From an uncultured Flavobacteriaceae bacterium (GTDB taxonomy: Bacteria; Bacteroidota; Bacteroidia; Flavobacteriales; Flavobacteriaceae), in NCBI GenBank assembly GCA_964428855.1, contig CAYRZY010000002.1, positions 7,597-46,170 on the forward strand: a stretch of 38,574 bases of DNA, in the 5' to 3' direction. Both the position numbers and the translations under genes were made by a program. Below, in pieces: positions 1-7,995 of the stretch. The stretch's first letter is position 1. Every line of letters begins with the position of its first letter. The notes beneath the pieces were generated by a model that worked only from the letters and a program-made list of their open reading frames with translations, was not told the origin of the DNA and did not search any database.

Positions 1-290
1 TGATTGATGAGTAACGAGTGTAGAACAACTTATAGTCAAACCTGAAACTTCGGGACAAAAATCGTTAATCGTTGTTCTTAAATCATATGAAAAATTAACG
101 AGTGCTGATTGATGAGTAACGAGTGTAGAACAACTTATAGTCAAACCTGAAACTTCGGGATAAAAATATTTAATCTCTGTTCTTAAATCAAATGAAAAAA
201 TTAACGAATGCTGATTGATGAGTAACGAGCGTAGAACTAAAACGTAATAATTCAAAAATCGTTAATCGTTGTTCGTTGTTCTCCAATCAT
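1..290. repeat. Tandem ~105-bp intergenic repeat (2 full units + 1 divergent unit), cut by window edge
   Basis: TGATTGATGAGTAACGAG(T/C)GTAGAAC recurs at 1, 106 and 212. Units 1 and 2 also share AACTTATAGTCAAACCTGAAACTTCGGGA. All three carry an ATCGTTAATCGTTGTTC-like right arm. Confidence 0.9.
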
Positions 291-298
291 TTTTTTAA

Positions 299-721
299 TC
301 AAAACCATTGTGCCCAAGGAATTCTACTCAATACAAATAGCAATGCTAAGCCATAAAATATTGCAATAGTTTTAAATTTACTAGTATCAGTCATTTTCTT
401 TTTGTGTTTAGACCAACCAATGGTAATAAAAACAATAGCTATAATCATCATTAACGGATGCTCAACCGCTAACAAACGGGAAGCTCCATCAATTCCACTC
501 ATACCCAATTCTTTTAAACTTTTATAAGCAGGCGACATAAAATACCAACCTAAACCTATTAATAATTGTATATGCATTACTATGAGAGTAAATAAAGAAA
601 TACGTAAATCTTTGTCAGTAAATTCTTTGTTTTTTGTTAAACCTATAATGGCATTTACAGTTGCAAAAATTAATAGTAAAAGAACTATATATGCCCAATA
701 CGAGTGAACCATTTTCATCAT
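299..721 (-). CDS. Conserved Bacteroidota 4-TM membrane protein of unknown function
   Basis: 140-aa ORF with four hydrophobic segments, VHSYWAY, HIQLLIG, VEHP and C-terminal SRIPW motifs. Start uncertain; an in-frame ATA lies at 730. Confidence 0.8.
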   Translation of the reverse strand: MMKMVHSYWAYIVLLLLIFATVNAIIGLTKNKEFTDKDLRISLFTLIVMHIQLLIGLGWYFMSPAYKSLKELGMSGIDGASRLLAVEHPLMMIIAIVFITIGWSKHKKKMTDTSKFKTIAIFYGLALLFVLSRIPWAQWF

Positions 722-753
722 GATGTGTATGTTTTTCTAATTATTTTAATTTA

Positions 754-2100
754 TTACCATTTATTTTCTGCAGCAGCTCCTCCCCAAATAAGAGTTGCAA
801 TATACGGATTGTCAATAAAAGGATTTCTATTGCCTTGTGCTGCTTCAATAATAGTATTACGTTGTATTTCAAAGTCAGAAACAGGATCAGCTTTATTCCA
901 TTCTAAAAACAGTTCTAATGTGCCTACTTTATCGAACGTTTCACCATAACGAACGTTTAAATACATAATCATTCTAGCTACATCTCCTCTCCATTCGTCA
1001 CCAGGATACCATTTATCACCCTCTAGTTTATATGTTCCACTTCCATTAGTAAAAGGAAAATTACTTCTTTGAGAGTTTATACTGGCATCACATGATCTTA
1101 AATGATGTAAATCAGTTCTTGCATTATCAATACTTAATTTTGACTGTGGATAAATATGTTCAGTATTAAAAGTTTGAGGACTGTGAGTATTAGACCCAGA
1201 AGTATATTCTTCCCAATACCTACTTTCACCTGAATACATCAAAATTACATTATCTGTATTTGCCTTGTCTTCATCAGCATTATAAAGATAATTATGTCTT
1301 TGCCCGTAAGATAAAATGGTAGTGTGCTTTTGGATTGTAAATTCTTTTAATAATGTATAGCTCAAATCTGCGTCATCTACCAAAGCCATAGTAGCATAAT
1401 AAGATGCTAACTCTGAAGGAATATTAAATGCAATTGATTCAAGTATAGTAATCGTTACTGTCGCTGTTGTACATGTTTGCGTTGGAGAATCGTCATCACA
1501 AATGGTATAGGTAAATGTGTCATCACCAATAAAATTGTTTTTAGGAGCATAACTAATACTTCCATCGGTATTAAGTGTAGCAGTTCCTTCAGTATTTGTA
1601 TTGTCTACAGATGTTATCTCAGCATCATCAGTTAGGTTGTCATTTTCTAAAATTTCTGTAAAGGTTCTTGTTGTATTTTTTACTGCATTATAACTGTCAT
1701 CAACAGCCAAAGGTGAGCCTTCATCTGTAATGGTAATTGTTACTGTTGCTGTAGAACAATTTTTTGGCGTATGGTTATCGCAAATGGTATATTTAAAAGT
1801 ATCTGTACCAACATAACCTGAAGCTGGAGTGTATGTATAGGTTCCGTTTCTATTGTCTTCTATTTTACCTCCGTTTGCACCTGTTGTTTCAACGGAGTTA
1901 ATTTTAGCATTATCACCTTTTTCATCATTTGATAATAAGTCTGAAAAAATGAGATCATTATCTTCAACCAAATCAAAGCTATCATCTACCGCAAGTGGTT
2001 TTTCAACTACAGGATCAGGTTTAGGATCAATTGTGTCATTATCACTACTACAACCGAATAAGAATAGGCTTATAATACTTAAAAAAAGTAGTTGTTTCAT
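754..2100 (-). CDS. Surface lipoprotein: two Ig/cadherin-like (Big_9-type) repeats + C-terminal endonuclease I domain
   Basis: Lipobox LFGC followed by acidic SSDND. Two PLAVDD...YxP...G.DTF.YTICD...C.TATVTITI repeats. His-Me endonuclease I motifs NTEHIYPQS, DLHHL, RGDVAR and QGNRNPFID. Confidence 0.92.
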   Translation of the reverse strand: MKQLLFLSIISLFLFGCSSDNDTIDPKPDPVVEKPLAVDDSFDLVEDNDLIFSDLLSNDEKGDNAKINSVETTGANGGKIEDNRNGTYTYTPASGYVGTDTFKYTICDNHTPKNCSTATVTITITDEGSPLAVDDSYNAVKNTTRTFTEILENDNLTDDAEITSVDNTNTEGTATLNTDGSISYAPKNNFIGDDTFTYTICDDDSPTQTCTTATVTITILESIAFNIPSELASYYATMALVDDADLSYTLLKEFTIQKHTTILSYGQRHNYLYNADEDKANTDNVILMYSGESRYWEEYTSGSNTHSPQTFNTEHIYPQSKLSIDNARTDLHHLRSCDASINSQRSNFPFTNGSGTYKLEGDKWYPGDEWRGDVARMIMYLNVRYGETFDKVGTLELFLEWNKADPVSDFEIQRNTIIEAAQGNRNPFIDNPYIATLIWGGAAAENKW

Positions 2101-2126
2101 TTTTAAAATATAATTTTATATGAATA

Positions 2127-2134
2127 CAAATATA
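2127..2134 (-). promoter_or_regulatory. Bacteroidota -7 promoter box (TATATTTG) for the endonuclease gene
   Basis: Matches TAnnTTTG, 26 bp upstream of the ATG at 2100. Confidence 0.6.
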
Positions 2135-2149
2135 CTGTTTTTTAAAACT

Positions 2150-2176
2150 AAAAAACCACCTCAATTGAGGTGGTTT
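2150..2176 (-). terminator. Intrinsic terminator between lipoprotein and endonuclease genes
   Basis: Perfect palindrome AAACCACCTCAATTGAGGTGGTTT with a T-run on the minus strand, 22 bp after the stop at 2199. Confidence 0.75.
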
Positions 2177-2198
2177 ATATAAAATTATTGTAAAAAAA

Positions 2199-3269
2199 TT
2201 ACTCGTTCAAAATATATTCAGCACCAGACTTAATTACTTTCGTACCCCAAACACCAGCAGCTCCATTATAAATATTGTAAAACACTACATATTTCTGTCC
2301 TTCTGGATCGTTAGGGAAGTTATTTAGTAATATCGTATTTATTTTAACTACTCTAGATTCAATTGTTTCTTCGTTCTTACCAGATCTAACATCAAAATTA
2401 CCATAATTACCATTACCTACTAAATCATAATCTGCAGCGGTTAATGTGTATTTAATTGTATTGTCTGGTACCCAAGTAGTACCGTCATGACCAAACTTGA
2501 TAGTTTCATTAGCTACATTATTGTATTTTGACCAAGCTGAACCGTCAAAAACATAGTTTGCAGTATAACTTTTTGTTACACCACCACCTTTATACAATTC
2601 ATACATGGTTTGTACAATTTCACCTGCTTCTTTCGGGTTGAATTTAAAAACATCTAATAAAGCTATCGGTGTTTTTGCCGCCGCTTCATCATGACTTGAA
2701 AAGTTTGGATGACTTTCGCCCATTGCACTATATTCATCTTCTGTAAAACCATTCACTTTATTCCACTCACCGTTTCTATAATAAAAACCATTAGTTAAAG
2801 TTGTTTCACCACCTGAATAATAACGGTATCTTAATGATACAAAATCATCCTCTTCTGGAGAAGGGAACTTTGCATCTAAATAATTAAACACATGGTAACC
2901 TCTATCAAAATTACCATACGTATTACCTGTGATATCATTATGTTCTTCATCAGATAAAGCATAAATATTTTTACTATAAGTCTTTACTTTATTATACCAT
3001 TTAAAGGTAACTTTTGCTAAAGAACCATCTCCCCAAACAGGGTATTTTTCTTTCAATAATCTAGGAATCATAGCTTTAGCATCATCAATAGAGTTAAAGT
3101 TACCAAAGCTTAATTCTAAAGCATCATAATCATCTTCTGTTAAAGTAATATCAACTTCACCAGTGATTATATTTTCTTGTTTATCTAATTCAGTATAGAT
3201 ATCTTCCATCGGGTTACAACTAGTAAAGAACACTGCTGTAATTGCTATTAAATAAAATATTTTTTTCAT
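2199..3269 (-). CDS. TBDT-associated surface lipoprotein with four internal repeats
   Basis: Lipobox FTSC + NPMED. Repeated [YI]xLTxxDY...GNF motif. Starts 18 bp downstream of the TBDT stop. Confidence 0.85.
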   Translation of the reverse strand: MKKIFYLIAITAVFFTSCNPMEDIYTELDKQENIITGEVDITLTEDDYDALELSFGNFNSIDDAKAMIPRLLKEKYPVWGDGSLAKVTFKWYNKVKTYSKNIYALSDEEHNDITGNTYGNFDRGYHVFNYLDAKFPSPEEDDFVSLRYRYYSGGETTLTNGFYYRNGEWNKVNGFTEDEYSAMGESHPNFSSHDEAAAKTPIALLDVFKFNPKEAGEIVQTMYELYKGGGVTKSYTANYVFDGSAWSKYNNVANETIKFGHDGTTWVPDNTIKYTLTAADYDLVGNGNYGNFDVRSGKNEETIESRVVKINTILLNNFPNDPEGQKYVVFYNIYNGAAGVWGTKVIKSGAEYILNE

Positions 3270-3287
3270 TGTTCTAATTTTTTTTGA

Positions 3288-5852
3288 TTAAAATCTAATT
3301 TTTGCACTGAAGTTAAATGTTCTTCCGTAGCCATACCATACTAAAGCAGTTGCAGCATCGTGATTACCACCGTCTAAAGCATCTGAAATATACTCTGTAT
3401 TAAGTACGTTGTTCATTCTCGCTGTCAACATAGCGTCAAAAGCTCCAAATTCAAATCCGTATCTAACACTTGCATCAAACGTACCATATTCTGGTGCTTT
3501 CCATGCTTGAGGTGTGCCTTGTACTTTTCTATCACTAGGATTAAAGTCAGCATAATAATTGCCAAAATAATTATAATCTACTGAAAAATGAGTTTTCTCC
3601 ATCAATTCCCAATTCATACCTAAAGCTGCAGTTGTTTGAGCAGCATCAGATACTTTTAAATCTTTCATAAATAAATTAATAGGATTTCCTACAGGATTTT
3701 GGTTTTCATCAAATATTTGAATATTTTCTAAATTTTCAGTCCATGTCCAATCCCCTAAAGAAACCATTCCTGTTAAAGTCAATTTATCAGACGCTCTATA
3801 GTTAAAGTCAAATTCTATACCTTGGTGTAAGGCATTAACGCCAGTTAAATTCACAAAGTAATCAACAAATACTCCAGAACCTGTAGATGTCTCTTCAGAA
3901 AAATTATCTGTCTCTGTTCTATCGTTCCACTGTGTTCTATATAAATTTACATTGGCAGAAAGTTTTTCATTTCTAAAACCATAACCTAATTCAGCAGAAA
4001 ATATTTTTTGATTTTCAGCATCTGCATTGATATGATCATTATCAAAATCTTGAAAAACTGCTCCAAATTCAGCAGCTTTTTCAAAATAACCAACATTTAC
4101 AAAAACATTATGGTTTTCATTTAAATTGTAGTTTGCACCTCCTTTTATACCATAACCAACAAAATTATATTTATCTGTTTCTCTTAATGGATCGCTATCT
4201 AAATACTGAAAATGATCAATTCTTTTATATGATGTATTAGAAACTGACGCTGAAATAAACCCTGCTAGCACATCATTATTATACTCTAATTGTGTGAAAA
4301 AACCTTGCCATCCTACTTCGCCATCATTATTATAAGAAAATTTATCTCCAACTTTTAATGCTGCATTAGGGTTATTGTCATTAGAATCATCTAACACATA
4401 TGAACCTCCTAGTAAATCAGTGATTTCTCTAAAATGTCTTCCTGTATAGGTTCTTAAATCTACACCAGCTACTAAAGCTAAGTTATCAGAAAGGTCAGTC
4501 TTAAAAGTTGATAATACTCCATACCAACTATGGTCATTTCTAGAAGCTCTTAAATAAGCTTCAGAACCTAAACCTTGAACACCATTAGCTCTATTAATCT
4601 CAACAATATTGTCTAAATCAACAGGTTGATCATCACCACCTAATCTAACACCAAATAAATCTCTGTTGTCTCCAGCAGTACCACCACCACCACCAGTACC
4701 CCAAGAGGCATACAATGCTGTTGATAAACTAGATTTATCAGAAATTGTCCAATAATGATTTAAAGACGTTTGAGATTTATGATAAAAATTATCTTCTATA
4801 TGAGTTACAGCTCCATTTTTAATTCCCCAATCAGGATTAAACTTAATACCACTTTCAGCATTTCTATAACGAGCTATTGAGCTTCTATTTTGTCTTTGCC
4901 CGTGTCTTTGTGGAGCACCAAAAGAAGTTAATGATAATTTATGATTGTCATTAATTTGCTTTGAAATATTCACAAAATAATTGTACCCTTCAAATTCTGT
5001 TCCATCAACATAACCATTACCTTTAGTTTTTGCACCAGAAACTGTAACCGCAAATCCGTTATCTAATAAGCCTGTAGAAATAGTTGCTCCATATTTTTGA
5101 TATCCATCATGACCAACACCAACCAAAATACTCCCTCCTTTTTCAACATCTGTTGTTTTAGATAAAATGTTAATCGTACCACCAATAGACGGTACAGCAA
5201 CTTTAGATGCTCCTAAACCTCTTTGTACTTGCATAGCAGAAGTTACATCAGCTAAACCAGCCCAGTTTGACCAAAAAACTCTACCGTTTTCCATGTCATT
5301 TACAGGAACCCCGTTAATCATCACTGCAACATTTTCAGAATTAAAACCTCTTAAGTTAATTCTACCATCACCAAAACCACCACCAGATTTGGTAGCATAT
5401 ACCCCTGGAGTAGATTTTAAAATTTCAGGAAATTCTTGTGTTCCTAATTTAGCTTCAATTTCTTGAGCTTTAATTGTTGAAACTGCTACTGGCGTTTCTC
5501 TATCAACTGCAAAAGAAACTGCAGTAATTACAATTTCATCTAACGTATTGTCAGAAGTTAATGTAATTTTACCGAAATCATGTACTTCATCTGAAGCTAT
5601 CGTGTAGCTAACTGTTTTATTGGTATAACCAATAAACGAAACAATTGCAGTTCCAGCACCTTCTGAAACTTTCAAAGTAAATTTTCCGTCAAAATCTGTT
5701 GTAGTACCATTAGTAGTACCTTTTTCAACAATGTTTGCTCCTGGAAGTGGTCCGTCTTCAGCAAAAACAGTACCTGTAATTGTTTGTGCGTAAATGGTTG
5801 ACGACATTGCGAAAAATAACATCACCATTAGTAATTGAGTAATTTTTTTCAT
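3288..5852 (-). CDS. TonB-dependent transporter with N-terminal CarboxypepD_reg-like domain (non-SusC subfamily)
   Basis: Signal peptide; GPLPGANIVEKGTTNGTTTDFDGKF N-domain; LDEIVIT TonB-box-like segment; plug motifs TPGVYA, INLRGF, MINGVP, VQRG, IGGTINI; C-terminal GRTFNFSAKIRF ending in Phe. Confidence 0.93.
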   Translation of the reverse strand: MKKITQLLMVMLFFAMSSTIYAQTITGTVFAEDGPLPGANIVEKGTTNGTTTDFDGKFTLKVSEGAGTAIVSFIGYTNKTVSYTIASDEVHDFGKITLTSDNTLDEIVITAVSFAVDRETPVAVSTIKAQEIEAKLGTQEFPEILKSTPGVYATKSGGGFGDGRINLRGFNSENVAVMINGVPVNDMENGRVFWSNWAGLADVTSAMQVQRGLGASKVAVPSIGGTINILSKTTDVEKGGSILVGVGHDGYQKYGATISTGLLDNGFAVTVSGAKTKGNGYVDGTEFEGYNYFVNISKQINDNHKLSLTSFGAPQRHGQRQNRSSIARYRNAESGIKFNPDWGIKNGAVTHIEDNFYHKSQTSLNHYWTISDKSSLSTALYASWGTGGGGGTAGDNRDLFGVRLGGDDQPVDLDNIVEINRANGVQGLGSEAYLRASRNDHSWYGVLSTFKTDLSDNLALVAGVDLRTYTGRHFREITDLLGGSYVLDDSNDNNPNAALKVGDKFSYNNDGEVGWQGFFTQLEYNNDVLAGFISASVSNTSYKRIDHFQYLDSDPLRETDKYNFVGYGIKGGANYNLNENHNVFVNVGYFEKAAEFGAVFQDFDNDHINADAENQKIFSAELGYGFRNEKLSANVNLYRTQWNDRTETDNFSEETSTGSGVFVDYFVNLTGVNALHQGIEFDFNYRASDKLTLTGMVSLGDWTWTENLENIQIFDENQNPVGNPINLFMKDLKVSDAAQTTAALGMNWELMEKTHFSVDYNYFGNYYADFNPSDRKVQGTPQAWKAPEYGTFDASVRYGFEFGAFDAMLTARMNNVLNTEYISDALDGGNHDAATALVWYGYGRTFNFSAKIRF

Positions 5853-5935
5853 GTGTTTTGATTGTTTTTAATGATTACATGCCTTTTTTATGATTGATTG
5901 CATGTATAAATTAAATTAGTTTAAAATTAACGAGG

Positions 5936-5991
5936 CAAAAGTACGGTTTTATATCAATTAAACTTTAAGATAACATTAACTTTTTATCAAC
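5936..5991 (-). promoter_or_regulatory. TBDT promoter: -7 box TACTTTTG plus four 11-bp-phased T(T/C)AAN direct repeats
   Basis: CAAAAGTA at 5936-5943 (+ strand reading). TCAAT, TTAAG, TTAAC and TCAAC start at 5954, 5965, 5976 and 5987. Confidence 0.55.
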
Positions 5992-6210
5992 TTATTTTTA
6001 CAAATTGTTAATAGCTGTTATGAATAACCTATGATATTAACTCATTAACAATCATATCATTAAATTACACTTAATAATTGAAGGTTATTTTAAGTTTTTA
6101 CTTCAAACTATTGCTAATTTATTACTTTGATACTATTTGAATTCTTAGAAATAAGAAGAAGGCTTAAATGAAAGATAAGAGCAAATTCGAAGTAAAGAAT
6201 CATTGTTTTT

Positions 6211-6250
6211 AGATTCTTCGTCACTCTTAAAATCGCTCCTCTGAATGACA
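6211..6250 (-). repeat. REP-like palindromic element (TGTCATTCnGAG...GACGAAGAATCT type)
   Basis: Minus strand reads TGTCATTCAGAGGAGCGATTTTAAGAGTGACGAAGAATCT, just downstream of pgi. Confidence 0.6.
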
Positions 6251-6277
6251 TCTTGCAATTAAAATAAACACGTTAAT

Positions 6278-7843
6278 CTAAAGGTATTTCTTAGCCAATT
6301 CTTTACCTAATTCAACGCCAAATTGATCAAAACTGTAGATGTTCCAAATATGACCTTGTACAAATGTTTTGTGTTCGTACATTGCAATTAGGCTTCCTAA
6401 ATTTTTAGGAGTAAGCTTGTCCATTAATAAGGCATTTGATGGTTTGTTACCTTCAAAAACTTTAAATGGTAATAGTTTCTCTATTTTATCTTGTTGGTTG
6501 GCAGTTTTTAATTCTAAATGCACCTCTTCTTTGGTTTTCCCTAAATACAAAGCTTCCGCTTGAGCGTAAAAATTTGCCATCAACTTATTATGATGATCAG
6601 TATTGCCATACAACGATTCTGAAAAACCTATAAAATCAACAGGAATTAGCTTTGTGCCTTGGTGAATTAACTGCATAAAGGCATGTTGTACATTGGTGCC
6701 TGTATTGCCCCAAATTACATTCCCTGTTTGATAGCCAATTTTATGACCATCTCTATCTACAGATTTACCGTTGCTTTCCATAGAAAGTTGTTGTAAATAA
6801 GGAACTAATTGTGTTAAATATTGTGAAAACGGAATCACAACTTCTGATTCAGTTTCAAAAAAGTTATTATACCAAATACTAATCAAAGCTAGAGTTACAG
6901 GAATATTTTTATCAAAATCAGCCGTTTTAAAATGGGTATCCATTTCATAAGCACCTGTCAATAATTGATTGAAATTATCAAACCCCAATGCCAAGCTAAC
7001 TGACAAACCTACAGCACTCCAAAGCGAATAACGACCACCAACCCAGTTCCACATCGTGAAAATATTGTCTTCAGCAATCCCAAAATTAATAACCGATTCT
7101 AAATTGGTAGAAACGGCAACAAAATTATATTGAATATCTACTTGAGTAGCTCCTTTAGATAAAAACCACTTTTTTACGGTTTCTGCATTGGTCAGTGTTT
7201 CTTGTGTTGTAAATGTTTTAGATACAATTACAAATAATGTGGTTTCAGGATTTAAGTTTTTTATCGTTTCAAAAACATGATCTCCATCAACATTAGATAT
7301 AAAATGTGTGTGTAAATGATTTTTATAATATTGCAAGGCATCAACTACCATTCTTGGGCCTAAATCAGAACCGCCAATACCAATATTCACAACATCTGTA
7401 ATAGCTTTACCTGTATAACCTTTATGTTTACCTGAAATTATTTGCTCTGAAAAAGCCTTAATTTTTTGAAGTGTTTCTTCAACAGCATCCATAATATTTT
7501 CGCCCTCAACTAAAACCTTGTTCCCTGATTTATTACGTAAAGCAGTGTGCAAAACAGCTCTGTTTTCAGTTTCATTAATAACATCGCCAGAAAACATCTT
7601 TTCAATAGCATCTTTTAAATCGACTTCTTTTGCCAATTCAAATAATGTTGCCAATCCCTCATCATTAATTCTGTTTTTAGAAAAATCTACCGTAAAATTT
7701 TCATATTTTAAAGTGTATTTTTCCTTTCTATCACTATCCTTTAAAAAAAGTGATTTTAGTTCAATGTTTTTAACCTCTTGATATGTGTTTTGTAGCTTTA
7801 TCCAAGCCTTAGTTTGAGTGGGATTTTGATTTTTTAGTGGCAT
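6278..7843 (-). CDS. pgi: Glucose-6-phosphate isomerase
   Basis: IGIGGSDLGP, SKTFTTQET, WVGGRYSLWS, QQLSMESNGK, QHAFMQLIHQG and FDQFGVELGK motifs. Confidence 0.98.
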   Translation of the reverse strand: MPLKNQNPTQTKAWIKLQNTYQEVKNIELKSLFLKDSDRKEKYTLKYENFTVDFSKNRINDEGLATLFELAKEVDLKDAIEKMFSGDVINETENRAVLHTALRNKSGNKVLVEGENIMDAVEETLQKIKAFSEQIISGKHKGYTGKAITDVVNIGIGGSDLGPRMVVDALQYYKNHLHTHFISNVDGDHVFETIKNLNPETTLFVIVSKTFTTQETLTNAETVKKWFLSKGATQVDIQYNFVAVSTNLESVINFGIAEDNIFTMWNWVGGRYSLWSAVGLSVSLALGFDNFNQLLTGAYEMDTHFKTADFDKNIPVTLALISIWYNNFFETESEVVIPFSQYLTQLVPYLQQLSMESNGKSVDRDGHKIGYQTGNVIWGNTGTNVQHAFMQLIHQGTKLIPVDFIGFSESLYGNTDHHNKLMANFYAQAEALYLGKTKEEVHLELKTANQQDKIEKLLPFKVFEGNKPSNALLMDKLTPKNLGSLIAMYEHKTFVQGHIWNIYSFDQFGVELGKELAKKYL

Positions 7844-7874
7844 AATTTTTTAAATTAAGGAGCTTCTATAATTT

Positions 7875-7913
7875 CACGCAAAGGTCGCAAAGTTTTTTGC
7901 AAAGAACACAAAG
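7875..7913. repeat. Short degenerate CGCAAAG tandem repeat
   Basis: CACGCAAAG GTCGCAAAG TTTTTTGCAAAG AACACAAAG. Confidence 0.55.
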
Positions 7914-7995
7914 ATTGTGTGAAAAATACCGCAATTGTTAATTCTGAGATTTCGACTTAGTTCAACCTAACAAAATAATATTAGTTATTACCTGA

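Noticed and set aside
1-290. CRISPR array
   Set aside because: The segments between the 26-bp recurring motif are ~80 bp and nearly identical between units 1 and 2, so they are not unique spacers. No cas genes are in the window.
754-2100. Anti-phage or toxin nuclease
   Set aside because: It is an exported lipoprotein beside a transporter, with no immunity, methylase or defence-island context.
3288-5852. Classical SusC/SusD polysaccharide utilisation locus
   Set aside because: No SusC signature motifs, no SusD-like partner and no CAZymes nearby.
704-7781. Short + strand ORFs 704-949, 1853-2113, 5167-5466, 6369-6563, 7518-7781
   Set aside because: Antisense shadows of well-supported genes, with no motifs.
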